Shown here: one piece after another, positions 10,601 through 22,600 of the stretch
How the letters are laid out: each line of letters starts with the position of its first letter
Position numbering within the stretch: position 1 is the stretch's first letter
NCBI GenBank assembly: GCA_965644315.1
Contig: CBFFRQ010000057.1
Location: 434,001 to 498,000, forward strand
Length of the DNA: 64,000 nucleotides
Direction: 5' to 3'
From: Caecitellus pseudoparvulus
Lineage: Eukaryota > Protista > Bigyra: Bicosoecida
Translations under genes and position numbers: made by a program
Notes under the pieces: generated by a model
The model's database searches: none
What the model was told of the DNA's origin: nothing
Seen by the model: the letters and a program-made list of their open reading frames with translations, nothing else

Positions 10601-13600
10601 CCCCCTCCACACCAGCGCAAACATGTCCATGAGGGCATCCAGTAGCACCCCATGAGCCACGGATTCTTGCATGACTTCTCGGGCTTTCTTTCGCAGAGGA
10701 GGAAAGCCTTGATAAATCGCAACAGACAACACCACTCCTCGCTTGGCCAGGGTCTCTGCCTTCATCCCCATCACAGATGCATCCAGGTTGGAGCATGCTT
10801 CTTCCACCCCACTCTCCACAGAGGGGCGCAGTTTAGACTTGAACCACGAAATGTCCTTCGACAGCTCTCGCTGGGCTGCTGCAAGCAGCCACTGCTTGGC
10901 TTCTTCATCCGCGCTTGCCTGGGCTGCCGCGTCACTCTCGCTTACCTCATCCACAGCGTCCGCCACAGTGTGCTGCCAATCCAGTCCAGTTGGGACGAAC
11001 GGGAACCGCTCCACCAAGTTGCGCTCATCCGAGCCGGTGTGCAGCACGAGCACAGCACGGGGCTGCACGGCCCTGAGGCGTTCGTGAAGCGCGCCCCACT
11101 TCCTTGATAGCATGCGTTTCATGAGCGCCACTTGCGGGTGACTGCCCTTGTGCACGTGTTCGTTGATGGTGAAAATCAGCGTCGGAAGCACTGCATCTGG
11201 CGAGCGGTCCGCAGTGGCAACTCGCGAGCACACCTCCAGGAACTCGTCCACGAGGTGCTCAGCCGTCGCCGCCGAGGGGCAGTCGGAAAGAGCAGCCACA
11301 AACGCACATGGCTGCCCAGATCCAAGATCCGAAACCTCCTTCCACTTCACTTCGCGGTGTCCCTTGGTCACGTGTACAACTGGGCAGCCAAGCATGATGC
11401 TGGCTCTCTCCTCATCTTGCTGCAGCTGCAACACACCAGTGGACGACCTGCAGGTCAACAGACTCAAAGGCCGAGCATTGCTTCCCCGCCCAGAAGCGGC
11501 GATGGCGTTTCGCAAGAACTGCGCCCCGCTGAAGTGCTCCTGCTCCTTCATGTACACATCGATGTACGAACTTGGAAGTCGCTTCAAGACACCACTTTGC
11601 ATCACAAAGTCGGGTCGCAGGATGCTCAGCAGCTCCATGTTGCACCGCTCAACGAGCTCAAGCGCCAGAGCATCATCCGTCATGGCTGGCGATGTGCCAC
11701 CCGACTCGGCAGCCTTGCTCAAAACTTGCAGGATCAACGCGGGGATCGTCTCACTGGAGTCAAAGCCAGTGAATGCAGCTTCTGGTTGGCTGCTACAAAC
11801 AAACGCTACAAAGTCTCGGACACCGTGCAAGACGTTCTGGAGCAGGCGGCTTTGCGCTGCGACCTCGCCCTGAAGGAACTCAAAGCTCTCCAGGTAGCTG
11901 TGCGCAGAAGCCTTGAGTATCTGAGCAGCACTCAGGGAGAACTTAGAGAAACGATTCAAGAGTGGGGAAGGTAGCTCTGGCAGCTTCCAGAAGGGCACGT
12001 GCACGACGAGTCTGAAGTCCTGGTGCACAGCAACCGCCAGCGACAAGGCTCCGATCGTGATGTTGGCGTAGTACGCATGTCCGCTGCCGGTGCTGATGGT
12101 GTGGTAGCGGCGATTCAACAAGTCGTACATGGCTGTGAAGATGACTTGATTGCAGTTCACCAACAGCAGTGTCTTGCCGCCTTCAGCTGCAGCCTTGACT
12201 TGACGCAACACTTCAGCGGTGCGCAGCTGCTCTGCATCCACCCCAAGGTCAGCCACGTTCACCTCGATGGTGAGGTCTTGCTGTAAAATTCCGCGCTGGA
12301 AGAGCCAGTGCACGCCTGCCTCAGTGTCAGATCGGTCGATGATCATGGTGTGGCGGTGCGGCGACTCGGACGGGTCGTCAGCAAAGACTGCTCGGATGTT
12401 GCTCTCCATGGCGCGCAAAATGTCCGGCTTCAGCTCTGTGGCGCTAATCTGGCGTTTCATGTCCACCACCTCTTCGCGCGACATGACCACTTCGAAGCCG
12501 CACCCAGGTGTAGCTACAACGCCCCCAGTCTCTGACGAAGATGTCACTCTGCCGTCCATGAAGGTCCGCGCGATGGCCTCAAACTCATCCATAGCGTCGG
12601 GGCTGCTCTCAACAACTTGCATGCAGCGCTGCAACGCAAGGAGCAAGATCTTTGGCGTAAGCGTGTCCAGCGGCTTCTGACCCAGCTCGTACCTCAGGAA
12701 GCGGCAAAAGTACACGAAGTCGCGAAGGTGCAGCCACTTGAAGCACCGGACCGCATCTTGCACGAGTTGGAACGCATCCGCTATCCCGCAGACAAGGTCG
12801 TAGCTTCGCTGGAGACGCTCTTCCAGCGGCTCGTCGGCCTTGACGATGATTCGGCTCACAGATGGGCGATTCCTTGGCAGCAACAGCAACGCAGAGCACA
12901 GTAGTCGCATGTCGTGGGAAGAAGCCGCAGTTTGTTGCACGTGCATGCACCGGTTGGTCTTGGCAGCGTCGAGAATGCTGTTCGACATCAAGATGGTCGG
13001 AACCCCGTTGGGGTCGTCCCACGTGTCATGAGCAGCTTTCAGCGCATGCTGCTTCTCATTGGGAAGCCCAGCCTCGTCCATGACAACGACAAGTCGAATG
13101 TGCGCACTTCCGGAACGAGTATGTCCTGCATGCTGCTCGTATGCCGTGGAGTACAGAGCCTCGATCTCCTCCGCTGACGTAGCCTGCGAGCACTGGTAGT
13201 TCAAAACCTTCATCCGTTTCAACTGGCGGAAGAGAGGCGAGCCAGACTCCCGGCCTTGGGAGTTCTTGGCACACATGCCCACAGCAAGGGTCTTCCCACA
13301 ACCTGGCGGGCCGGTGATCAACAATGACATGGCTGGCTCGACATTCACGCACAACACTGCGCTGAAGAAGTTCTCAAGCAATGGGACGGTCTCCGCCAAG
13401 CCGAGGGGCCGGAAAGAGATCTTGCTGAACAAGTGCCTCGTTGCAGCACTCACGGTGGTAGCGACGTCTTCACAGACAATTCCGACTCCCTCGCAGTGTT
13501 GACGCAGGGCTGCACTGAAGTCTGAGCGAAGGTCTGGGAGATCAGAGCCGTCGTAGCCCTTGTGGCCTTCACCTGGCAGGCGCATCCAGTACACACAGCC

Positions 13601-16600
13601 GATGGCGACAAGTGCGACCTGCACCACGTGTGCAAACAGCAACTCGGTGCTTGTGACGTGAATGCCAGGTGGAAGAAAGGGGTTCACGACACGGGTTTTG
13701 TCCGGCAACGAAGATCCTCGCAAGGTTGGGTGCACTTTCAGCTGCAAAAGCCACTTGAACAAGTTGGTCGCCCGGACAAGGTCTCGGAAGGAAAGGTGCA
13801 TGCGGTTCAAGTCATACGAGCGCACTTTCTCCTGTGCGAAGGAAAGCATGCTTCCAAACGCATCCAGCCCTTGCTGGAATGCGGCCATGACGCCAGCTTC
13901 CTCCTGCATGAGAACTGCTCCAGCCCCGACTCGAAGCTGGGCGACAATGTTGGGGAGCCTGCCTGAGGATGCCTGCTGCATGATGCGTTCTTTGATGCCG
14001 GCGATGAAAGCCTCTTCAACACCAGTGGTCAGCTTTGGAGAATTCACAAGGAGTCGCTCAAGAGGACCGGGCAAGTGCTTCACCACAAAACTTGTTGTGG
14101 CAAGGTGTTCATGCTCTGACGCACCTGCGCCAGCATGAGCTGCCCCTGTCGGCAGGCGCGACGGAACGTTAGTTTGATCCACTGAGCTCTTCGACTTCCC
14201 AGCCCGGAACCCGTGAGGATTGATAGCGCCAGCCAAGAAAAGGTCATCCGGCAAAGGCTCCCCGTCCATGGTGTGGTTTGAGAATGCCTCAGCGATCATG
14301 TGCAACGCACCGGCGGTGTTCAGCTCGTCGATGAACAGCACGTAGACGAAGTCATCGCCATCGCTGGCCAGCTCGGTGAGAGCCTGCACGTTGGCCTTGG
14401 CGTTGTTGACAATCGCCCTCCAAACATCAGGAGTCACACCGTCGTGCATCAGGTGGCGCTCGTACTGTGGTGGTGGTTGAGCAGTCACAGCTGCCTGGAC
14501 GAGTCGCACAGCATCTGAAAGCATCGTGGCCGTAACCGACAGTTTCGGGGCTGCAGCCCTTGACCTGCGACGTGCTGCTGCCTGGCCAGAACGCGCATTC
14601 TCGAGCTCCTGCGTCTTCTCATGCAGTTTTTTCAGCAGTCCATCCCTGAAGTTCATTCCAGGGAGCAGGCCCGCCCTCTTGATATCTTTCACAGACGCCA
14701 TGGCAATGGGTGCTGGGGCTTTGCTCTTCATGTAATGCTCCACAGCATCTGTCGCAAGTGTAGCCACTTCCGGCGGGATGAGCTTGGACAGGGCAGGGGA
14801 GTGCTCCAGCACGACAGCAAGCACAAAGAGAAGCATGTACACGAATGAGCTCTGCTCTTCGCCCTCAGACGCCTCCACCACAGCTTGGATTGCGCCAGAA
14901 AGATCCCGCGCAGAAGACGACGTTTGCAAGTTGAAGGTGAACGCAGATTCTGCAAGAACGGGGACTGCCCATTTTGGCCCTCTTTGAGTGGCCGCGGCAC
15001 CAGAGCCTTCGCTACCTGCAACAAACGCCCGAGCCTTCTCAATATTGCGGAGTTGACCGATGGCTGCCAATCGCTCGGCAACATGCTCAACTGTAGCGTC
15101 CAGTTCATCTTCTGGAGCTGCCTTCACAGCTGCAGACGTCGCGTGCACCAAGTACCTGCGCATTGCAAGGGCAATGATGGGCAGAACGTTCAGCTTCTGC
15201 ATGAATGTCGCATTGCGAACTGTGCTGTACGCCTGCATAATGAACGTCTTGCCCACTCCAGTGTCACCTGACATCAGCACAGGCTGCCGCGAAAGACAGC
15301 GCTGGTGCACGTTAAGCATGTTCATGAGCACGAATGGCGTGAGGATGAAACCACGAGATTCCAGGGCAGGCTGCAGGAGACTCGTGTTCAGCATGCCCAA
15401 AGTGGGCGCAATGGCCATTCGCATGTGGGCCAGCTTGACTTCATCCATAGCGCGATCTTCGCACACTGACAGCACGAATGGATGCGACGAGTCAATGCCG
15501 AACACTGTCGCAGGGGGTTCTTGTCGGTCTCGGCTGGATACCATGATGCTCCAATCAAGCACCTTGTTCTCACGATCGGACAAGGCTTTCACACCTGTGT
15601 CCATCACGGAACTGAACACGCTGCCGTACCTCACTTTCTCGCTCGAATCTGTGGCGACTCGGCAGCTCTCGGACAGGATGACGTTCAGCACTGGTCGCCA
15701 GAAGTCGTCGATGCACATGCTCACCAAGCGTGCCAATGCACCCACCTTCGCCAGGTTCTCGTCAGAGAAGCCTTCCGCATTAAACGCTTTTAAATGTTTC
15801 TTCTGGAGAGAGAACAGTTCCGGAGTGGGGGTGAGGTTAACGATGCTTGAAGCAGTGCCTGCGTGTGAAAGCCCCCGACCTCGTCGCTTCATCTGCTGAT
15901 CTGCAGGGGGTGGGATTCGAGCGGCGTTGTGCTCGCCCGCCTCGAGGAGTTTTCGCCACAGTCGAGACAGAACCTTGACAAAGGCTCCAAGATGGCCAAC
16001 GGTGGGTGTGCCGGTGCGCCAGCCGCCGCCTGCTGATGGCTGAGACTGCAGCGCTCGTAGCACGTCCAGGCTTGTCAGTCCTTGGTGCAGGATGTGCCGA
16101 CATGCATCGTCCGTTAATTCTGGAAGCTTGGAACGGACCAGTCGGCCCATCTCGCGGATGTCTTTCACGGACTCTTGAAACGCTTGGTGGACAGGGTCTG
16201 TCGCCCCGCCAAGAGCAGACGCGAGCCCGATCGCCAAGCATGCATCTCTCCATGCCTCATCGATGATGATGTGCTGCAGCCCTGAGTGAGTAGCGGTCCA
16301 CGTGGCTGGCAGCAGGGACAGACTGGGGAGCTTTGGTAAGAAGGGGTGATCTCGGGGCTCGGTAGTGCCGGCCTCGGGTGGCCACGCTGGCTGTTTTCCA
16401 TGCTTCACGATGGCAGGCAGCTCCACCACCACATGGAGCTTGAAGCCAGGGCGGAATCCAGAGACCGTGCCATGCGCTGAATCCCCTAGACAGTTGCACA
16501 AGGCGAGGTGTGCAAGAATGCTGTCAAGCATAGCCAAGTCAGCCCCTTCTGTGAGCGACAAGTGCAGCCCCCAAACTTTCAGGGAGCTGTCTCCGCACAG

Positions 16601-19600
16601 CGCAGTCGTGTACGCTTCAATCAGCGTATCTGCAGTGAAGCCCTCATGAACGTGAAAGCTGCTCACGTTTGAGCCTGCTACTTTGCTCAGCTTCTGTAGA
16701 GCTTCGGTGGTTTTGCCACACCCCGGGCCGCCTGTGATGACCTCAAGTCCGGCCAGGTGTTGCATGTTTTGGCCAATGTCTGCAGTCAAGGACTGGATCT
16801 CAGCCTCAGAAAGCTCCGGGCACAGCTGCAGCTCGGAAAGGTCAGAGAACAACCCTTCACCTGCAGGAGAAGTAAAGATGAGGTGAACATGCACACGCAA
16901 AGGTTGCCCGGCCACAGCAGCAGCGAGTTGCTCCAGCACAGTGGTCGGCAAGGTGTTGGGGGCAAGCACGTATGCGTAGCCAAAAGAGGCGTCAGCGCAC
17001 GCCAAGCAGGACAAGAAGTCACTCATTTCAGCAGGTGTTGTTGAGGCAGAGCATGAGAGCACTTGGTAGGGGGCAGGAAACGGATCCTCTTCTGCCCGGG
17101 AATGCAACAGGCACCCAGCAAGACAACTTCGCAGCGACGCGCCGGCACACTGCTGCCTGCTGGCATGGATGGGATCGGGCTCTTCCGGGTACTGTTGTGC
17201 GCTTTGCAGGGCTTTAGCAAAAGCCTCAGCCGCCCAATTGACTGCCTCACGTGCTGTGGTCACTTGCGCCAACGACTCACAGCTATCCGCCATGGAAGCT
17301 GCAACAGCGCTGCGGTTTTCGGCAGCGGGGCCAATTCTTGCAGCCAAGTCGAACACCGCAACCAAAGAGTCCAAGTGCAAGTCCTTCTGAACTGCGGCTT
17401 TCTCTGCATCGGGCTCAGGTTCGCTCGTGCCTTCCCCTGAGGCAGCACCGCCAGGAGCAGCCCTGTCCTTTGCCATGGTCAACACCAGTTCGAGAAGGCC
17501 CAGCAGCTGCTGTCGAGGCAAGTGAGACAGGTGTGGGGACAGACTGCGAGCTTTCTCCAGCGCTTCTTTCCACGCTGTCAACTCCTCCTCCAAAAAGCCA
17601 CAGAAAGCCTCCGTGGCCACAAGCAAGTTGCCTTCGTCAGACTCCACTCGCAGTGGGATGTCTCCCACCTTGGCCTGGTAGGCAGGATGCCCGAGCTGCT
17701 GCAAGTTGGACAACAGCTTCGCACAGAGCTGAGATGCTTCATAGCTTGCGATGAAGTCATCAATCGCCTGATTCTTGACGGACGTTCGAGACAGACGCGC
17801 ATTGAAAGCGTTCTCGTTCAACTGCTCTGGGGAGAGCACAAAGCTGGCTGATTCGCCTTGCGAGTACTTGAGCTGCACGCTTGCAGGACCACCCAGCGAT
17901 GACGTTCGAGCGATGAAAGTTCCGCTTTCGACGAAAACGGGGGCTTGCAACAGAATTGCCCCGTTGCCGGAGCCTGACGATACCCCTTCCAACGCGTTCC
18001 GGAGCAGATCCCAGTTTGCCCCCAGCTCTTCAAGGCTGATCACTAACTGGTCAGCCGTAGCAAAGGGCCCATTCGTGACAGCAGCATTCAGAAGGTCTCT
18101 CAATTTGTCCAGAGTAAGACTCGAGTGCGCCGCTGCTCCAGCTGCTCGCATGTGGGGCAGATTGGCCAGGAGGTCCTTCTGGCCCGCAAACTTGTCCAGA
18201 AGCTGCAAAACGAAGGGGTTCGCAGCTGAAGCTTTCTTCGCGATGTCAATCTTCTCGTCCAAGCTTCCATCGTGCTCATGCAGGAAGTCCGCTACCTTCT
18301 GGAGCTCAGCCAGCGCTCTGATTCCCCGGAGCTCGACCGAAGAGCAAGACGGAAAGGCGGCCCTGACTTCGTCAAGCAGCACCACGCAGTTACTCATTTG
18401 AATGCCTGCCATGTTGTTGATGCAGGGGGACAGCTTGGACTCGACGCGCCCAGCTTCGTCGCCGGACCACACTCCGAACTTGAGAAGAGCCCGGATGCTC
18501 GGGAAGATTACACCCTTGAATGCCCACAGCTCTAAGCCAGCATTCAGGGCAGCTAGGCGAGCTTCGAGGCTGGTTGTGGACGACCCTGGCTCGAGCTGGA
18601 AGAAAGTCGCCACCGATCGCATTTCCGTCGAAAGATCCGCCGAGTCAAACTTGGTGTCTGTCAGCAACCCAGTGAGTTGTGTGCCTGTAAAATCACCAAG
18701 CGTGCCCGTATCAGCCAGGACAAGCTCTTTCAATGCCTTGGTCGCCTCACTGACTCTGGCATCCACTCTCTTTTCAAGTGATTCCCCGTCGCGTGGCCGA
18801 GCGCGCTCGTTTGCGGAAGACAGCAAGCTCAGAAACAGCTGATTCAGCGGGCTGCTAAAGTGGCGAAGGGCTGTGTATGTCTCACGGGTCACATTCAGCG
18901 CTGAGCGGGCTTCGCGCACACAAGCGGTGGCGTCACACAGCAACATCTCCGACAGCTCGTCCAGTGTGGCAAGGCCAGTCAGCTCTGCGTCAGGCATGGC
19001 ATCCTTCAGGAGGATGAGGACGGCACCATGCTCATGAAGCAGGGCCGTGGTGTCTGCAAGCTCTGCCTCACACGCTGTGCGAGCCTCCTGAAACGTGCCG
19101 GGCTCCTCAACGCACAAGCTGTCGAGCGCCAGGGCGATGTCATCGTCCCACTCCTCTTCCCATTGCTGCACTTGCGATACAGAGACGCTTCGGTCTTGAA
19201 AGGAGATGAGTAGAGTACGAATGGACTTGCGGATACCTTCCACACTTTGAAGCATGCCAGGTAGTTGTGGTGAAGCGGTTGTCGCAAGAAGCAGCTCAGC
19301 CAGTCGAGGTGCATGGTGCCAAGTCAACCAGCCAGCTTGACGTCCGCTCTCCCCGATGCGCTTCAGGCAGTACAGCCCCAAGTCCTCTGATACAGACGAC
19401 AAGGCTCCTTGGGTCTTCACAATTTGCTCCAGTACTGCTTTCACGACTTCAAGTTGTGTGTCTATGTCTCCTGCACTTGACAAAAAGCAGGCGGTTAACG
19501 ATTTGCACAGCTTGCGGTATGAGTCCTGCAAAGACGGGGACGCGCTGCCCAAGGCGTGCTCAGCTTGCAAAATTATATCGCAGTTAAGCATACCCATGTT

Positions 19601-22600
19601 CGACAGCAAGGAGCGCAGGGCTCCTACAGGTGCGCTTTGACTGCCCAAGCGCGTGTCGAGCACAGTATCTGTGGAAGGTGCTCCAGAAGAAGCGTGCAGG
19701 GCCAAAAGGTGTGCGATAGCAGCAACCAGCTCCTTGTACTGATCCGAAGTTGGTGCCCTCGGGCCACTCAATGTGTCGCTCAAGACTTCCACCAAGGGAT
19801 GCTTCAGCCGCTGTCCAAGCTTGTCTGCAGGCAGCTTGCATAACTTGTCCCACACCGGAAGTGAGTCCCCCACAAAGTGCTCGACCGATGACCCAATCTC
19901 GCTCGTGACTCCGCCTACACTCCTTAGGACTTTGGACAAGATCCACTGGTGTGCAATCACAGCTGACTGTCGCACCTGAAGCAGAGGCAAGAGCGGGGCG
20001 AGTTGGGCACCAGGCGTCCCACAAACCCAGTCCCAATTCTCCGGAGACCACAGTTTAGCTCCAGCTTGCTTCACAAACCAGCCAGGAACCCCGTCAATTG
20101 AGAGCACGGTGCACAATGCAGTGATGCGGGAATCTTCTGGAGCCTCATCGAACACCTTCAATAAGCAGGTCCATGCCATTTTGAAAAGTGAAATGGAAAG
20201 AAGAATTGCCGTTTCACCCTTTTCCGCCTTGTAAGTTGTTGCCAAGCGCACGAGCTTATTAATGATGCCAGGAATCGCGGAGGGGTCCGCGAAGTGCAAC
20301 GGCTCATAGCGCTCAGCCACGTGCATCAAGACATTCTTCTTGTCCGACTCTTCCAAAGCTGCCAAAGCGCTTGCACACAGAGGCTCCTGCAAGAAATCCT
20401 GAACAAAGTGCCCGAGGAATGACTCAAATGTGTCGGCACCCGCTGTGCACAGATCAAAGCACTGCACCAACAGTTCCTTCGCAGCGTCCAGCCCAGCGTC
20501 CCCCTTGAACTCGTTATGCAGGCACAGCACAGCGGAGAGTGCAGACAATGTTGATGCCTTCAAATTCCCACTTTCAGTTCCAGATGTGGGCGCAGTCAGC
20601 AATCCCGACCAGCCGAGGATGTCATCCTCACGCCGAGCCCTTCTCAGCATGACAACCACCGTGGCGAGCACAAGCTGCGTTGGCACAGACCAAGCAGCTG
20701 CTACATGTCCCTGTTCGATGCAGTCCTGCAGCAAGCTGGCAGCGGACAGTGCGTAAGTCTCAGTGACTGCAAAGATCTCAATGGTCCAATCCCACAGTTC
20801 GCGAATAACTGCTGGCTGCATGGTCTCCAGCTCCACCTGCTGCGGAGTGGCAACTTCGAAGAAAGCCTTACAGGCACGCTCAAAGGCGCAAACCACATGT
20901 CCCTTAACTTCGTCTCGAATGCCGTCGCAATGGAGAATCACCTGAAGTGCTGGAAGAAGGCCAATCATCTCGGATGGAGCTGCGCCTGCTCCTCGCTCCA
21001 GTGCCTGGCAGACCCGCTGTGCAAACTCTTCCTGGAAATGCTCCGCCCAAGAAGCCACATCAGTGAGCTCGTCAGCATGCTCATGTGACAGAAAAGCCAC
21101 GCTACCCTTGTTGCCGAGTTGCGCTGCATGGTTTAAGCGTTGCCGAAGGGTGACAAGAACCTCTGGGTCGACTATCGGAGACTCGAAGCCAGAATCACTA
21201 ACGGAACCATCTGCCGTCTGAAACGAATCACTATCAATGTTTCCGCGGTCACGACTTGCAACGGCCGGCTGTTCTTGGCTTATGATGCCCTCGACGCCAA
21301 CTTCAGAGTCAAGCCCGCGCAACTGACCGCCACCTTGTGCAGACATTCCAAACCGTGAGCCGGCCTTGGTCACGAGGGCCTGAAGCGCGACACTGTCAAG
21401 CGGGCCCAGCTCATCTCCCCCACGCCCGTCTTGCTCTGCACCGGAAGATCGACGATCTGAAGAAAGGCCGCCTTGCGCCTTGCTGCCCTGCTTGTGACTG
21501 TCGGTAGCCTTGCTACCCCACACCACCCACTTGCCCCCGCGCAGCTTGTACGGCACACCCCCCACATCCACCACCCTCGCAGTGTTCCCATCAGACACCA
21601 ACGCAAGCCCATCATCCAGCACGTAGTACCCAATGTCACCGTTCCAAGTCACCCTCCCTGTGTACCACGCCGGCACTGCAGGCGCCTCACACGCCGGATC
21701 TGCTGCCGCCGCCGTGTCTTGAGATCCAGCATGTGGCGTCCTGGCATCCCCATCGCCAGCACCAGGCGACACCGCCGCACTGCCACCGCCACCTTCAACA
21801 CTCTCCTGCCCCGACCCCGCTGGCACTGCAGGCGCCTCACACGCCGGATCTGCTGCCGCCGCCGTGTCTTGAGATCCAGCATGTGGCGTCCTTGCATCCC
21901 CATCGACAGCACCGGGCGACACCGCAGCACTGCCACTGCCACTCTTGCCACCCCTCACCACCCACTTGCCCCCGCGCAGCTTGTACGTCACACCCCCCAC
22001 ATCCACCATTCTCGCTTTCTTCCCATCCGACACCAACGCGGCACCATCATGAAACACATAGTGCCTGATGACACTGTCCCACGTCACTGCATCTTTGAAC
22101 TCCACAGGAACAGCAGGTGCCTCAAACGTGCCTTCACGTTCTGCATGTGGCGTCCCACTGTCCCTCTCGACAGCATCAGGCGACACCGCCGCACTGCCAC
22201 CGCCACCTTCAACACTCTCCTGCCCCGACCCCGCTGGCACTGCAGGCGCCTCACCCGCCGGATCTGCTGCCGCCGCCGTGTCTTGAGATCCAGCATGTGG
22301 CGTCCTGGCACCCCCATCGCCAGCACCAGGCGACACAGCCGCACTGCCACCGCCACCTTCAACACTCTCCTGCCCCGACCCCGCTGGCACTGCAGGCGCC
22401 TCACACGCCGGATCTGCTGCCGCCGCCGTGTCTTGAGATCCAGCATGTGGCGTCCTGGCATCCCCATCGCCAGCACCAGGCGACACCGCCGCACTGCCAC
22501 TGCCACTCTTGCCGCCCTTCACCCCCCACTTGCCCCCGCGCAGCTTGTACGGCACACCCCCCACATCCACCACCCTCGCAGTGTTCCCATCAGACACCAA

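Noticed and set aside
9081-10655. 524-aa plus-strand ORF, and similar long overlapping ORFs (32824-34380, 40357-42018, 56074-57924, 56984-59341)
   Set aside because: Ser/Arg/Ala-rich antisense or off-frame shadows, expected in GC-rich coding DNA; no motifs.
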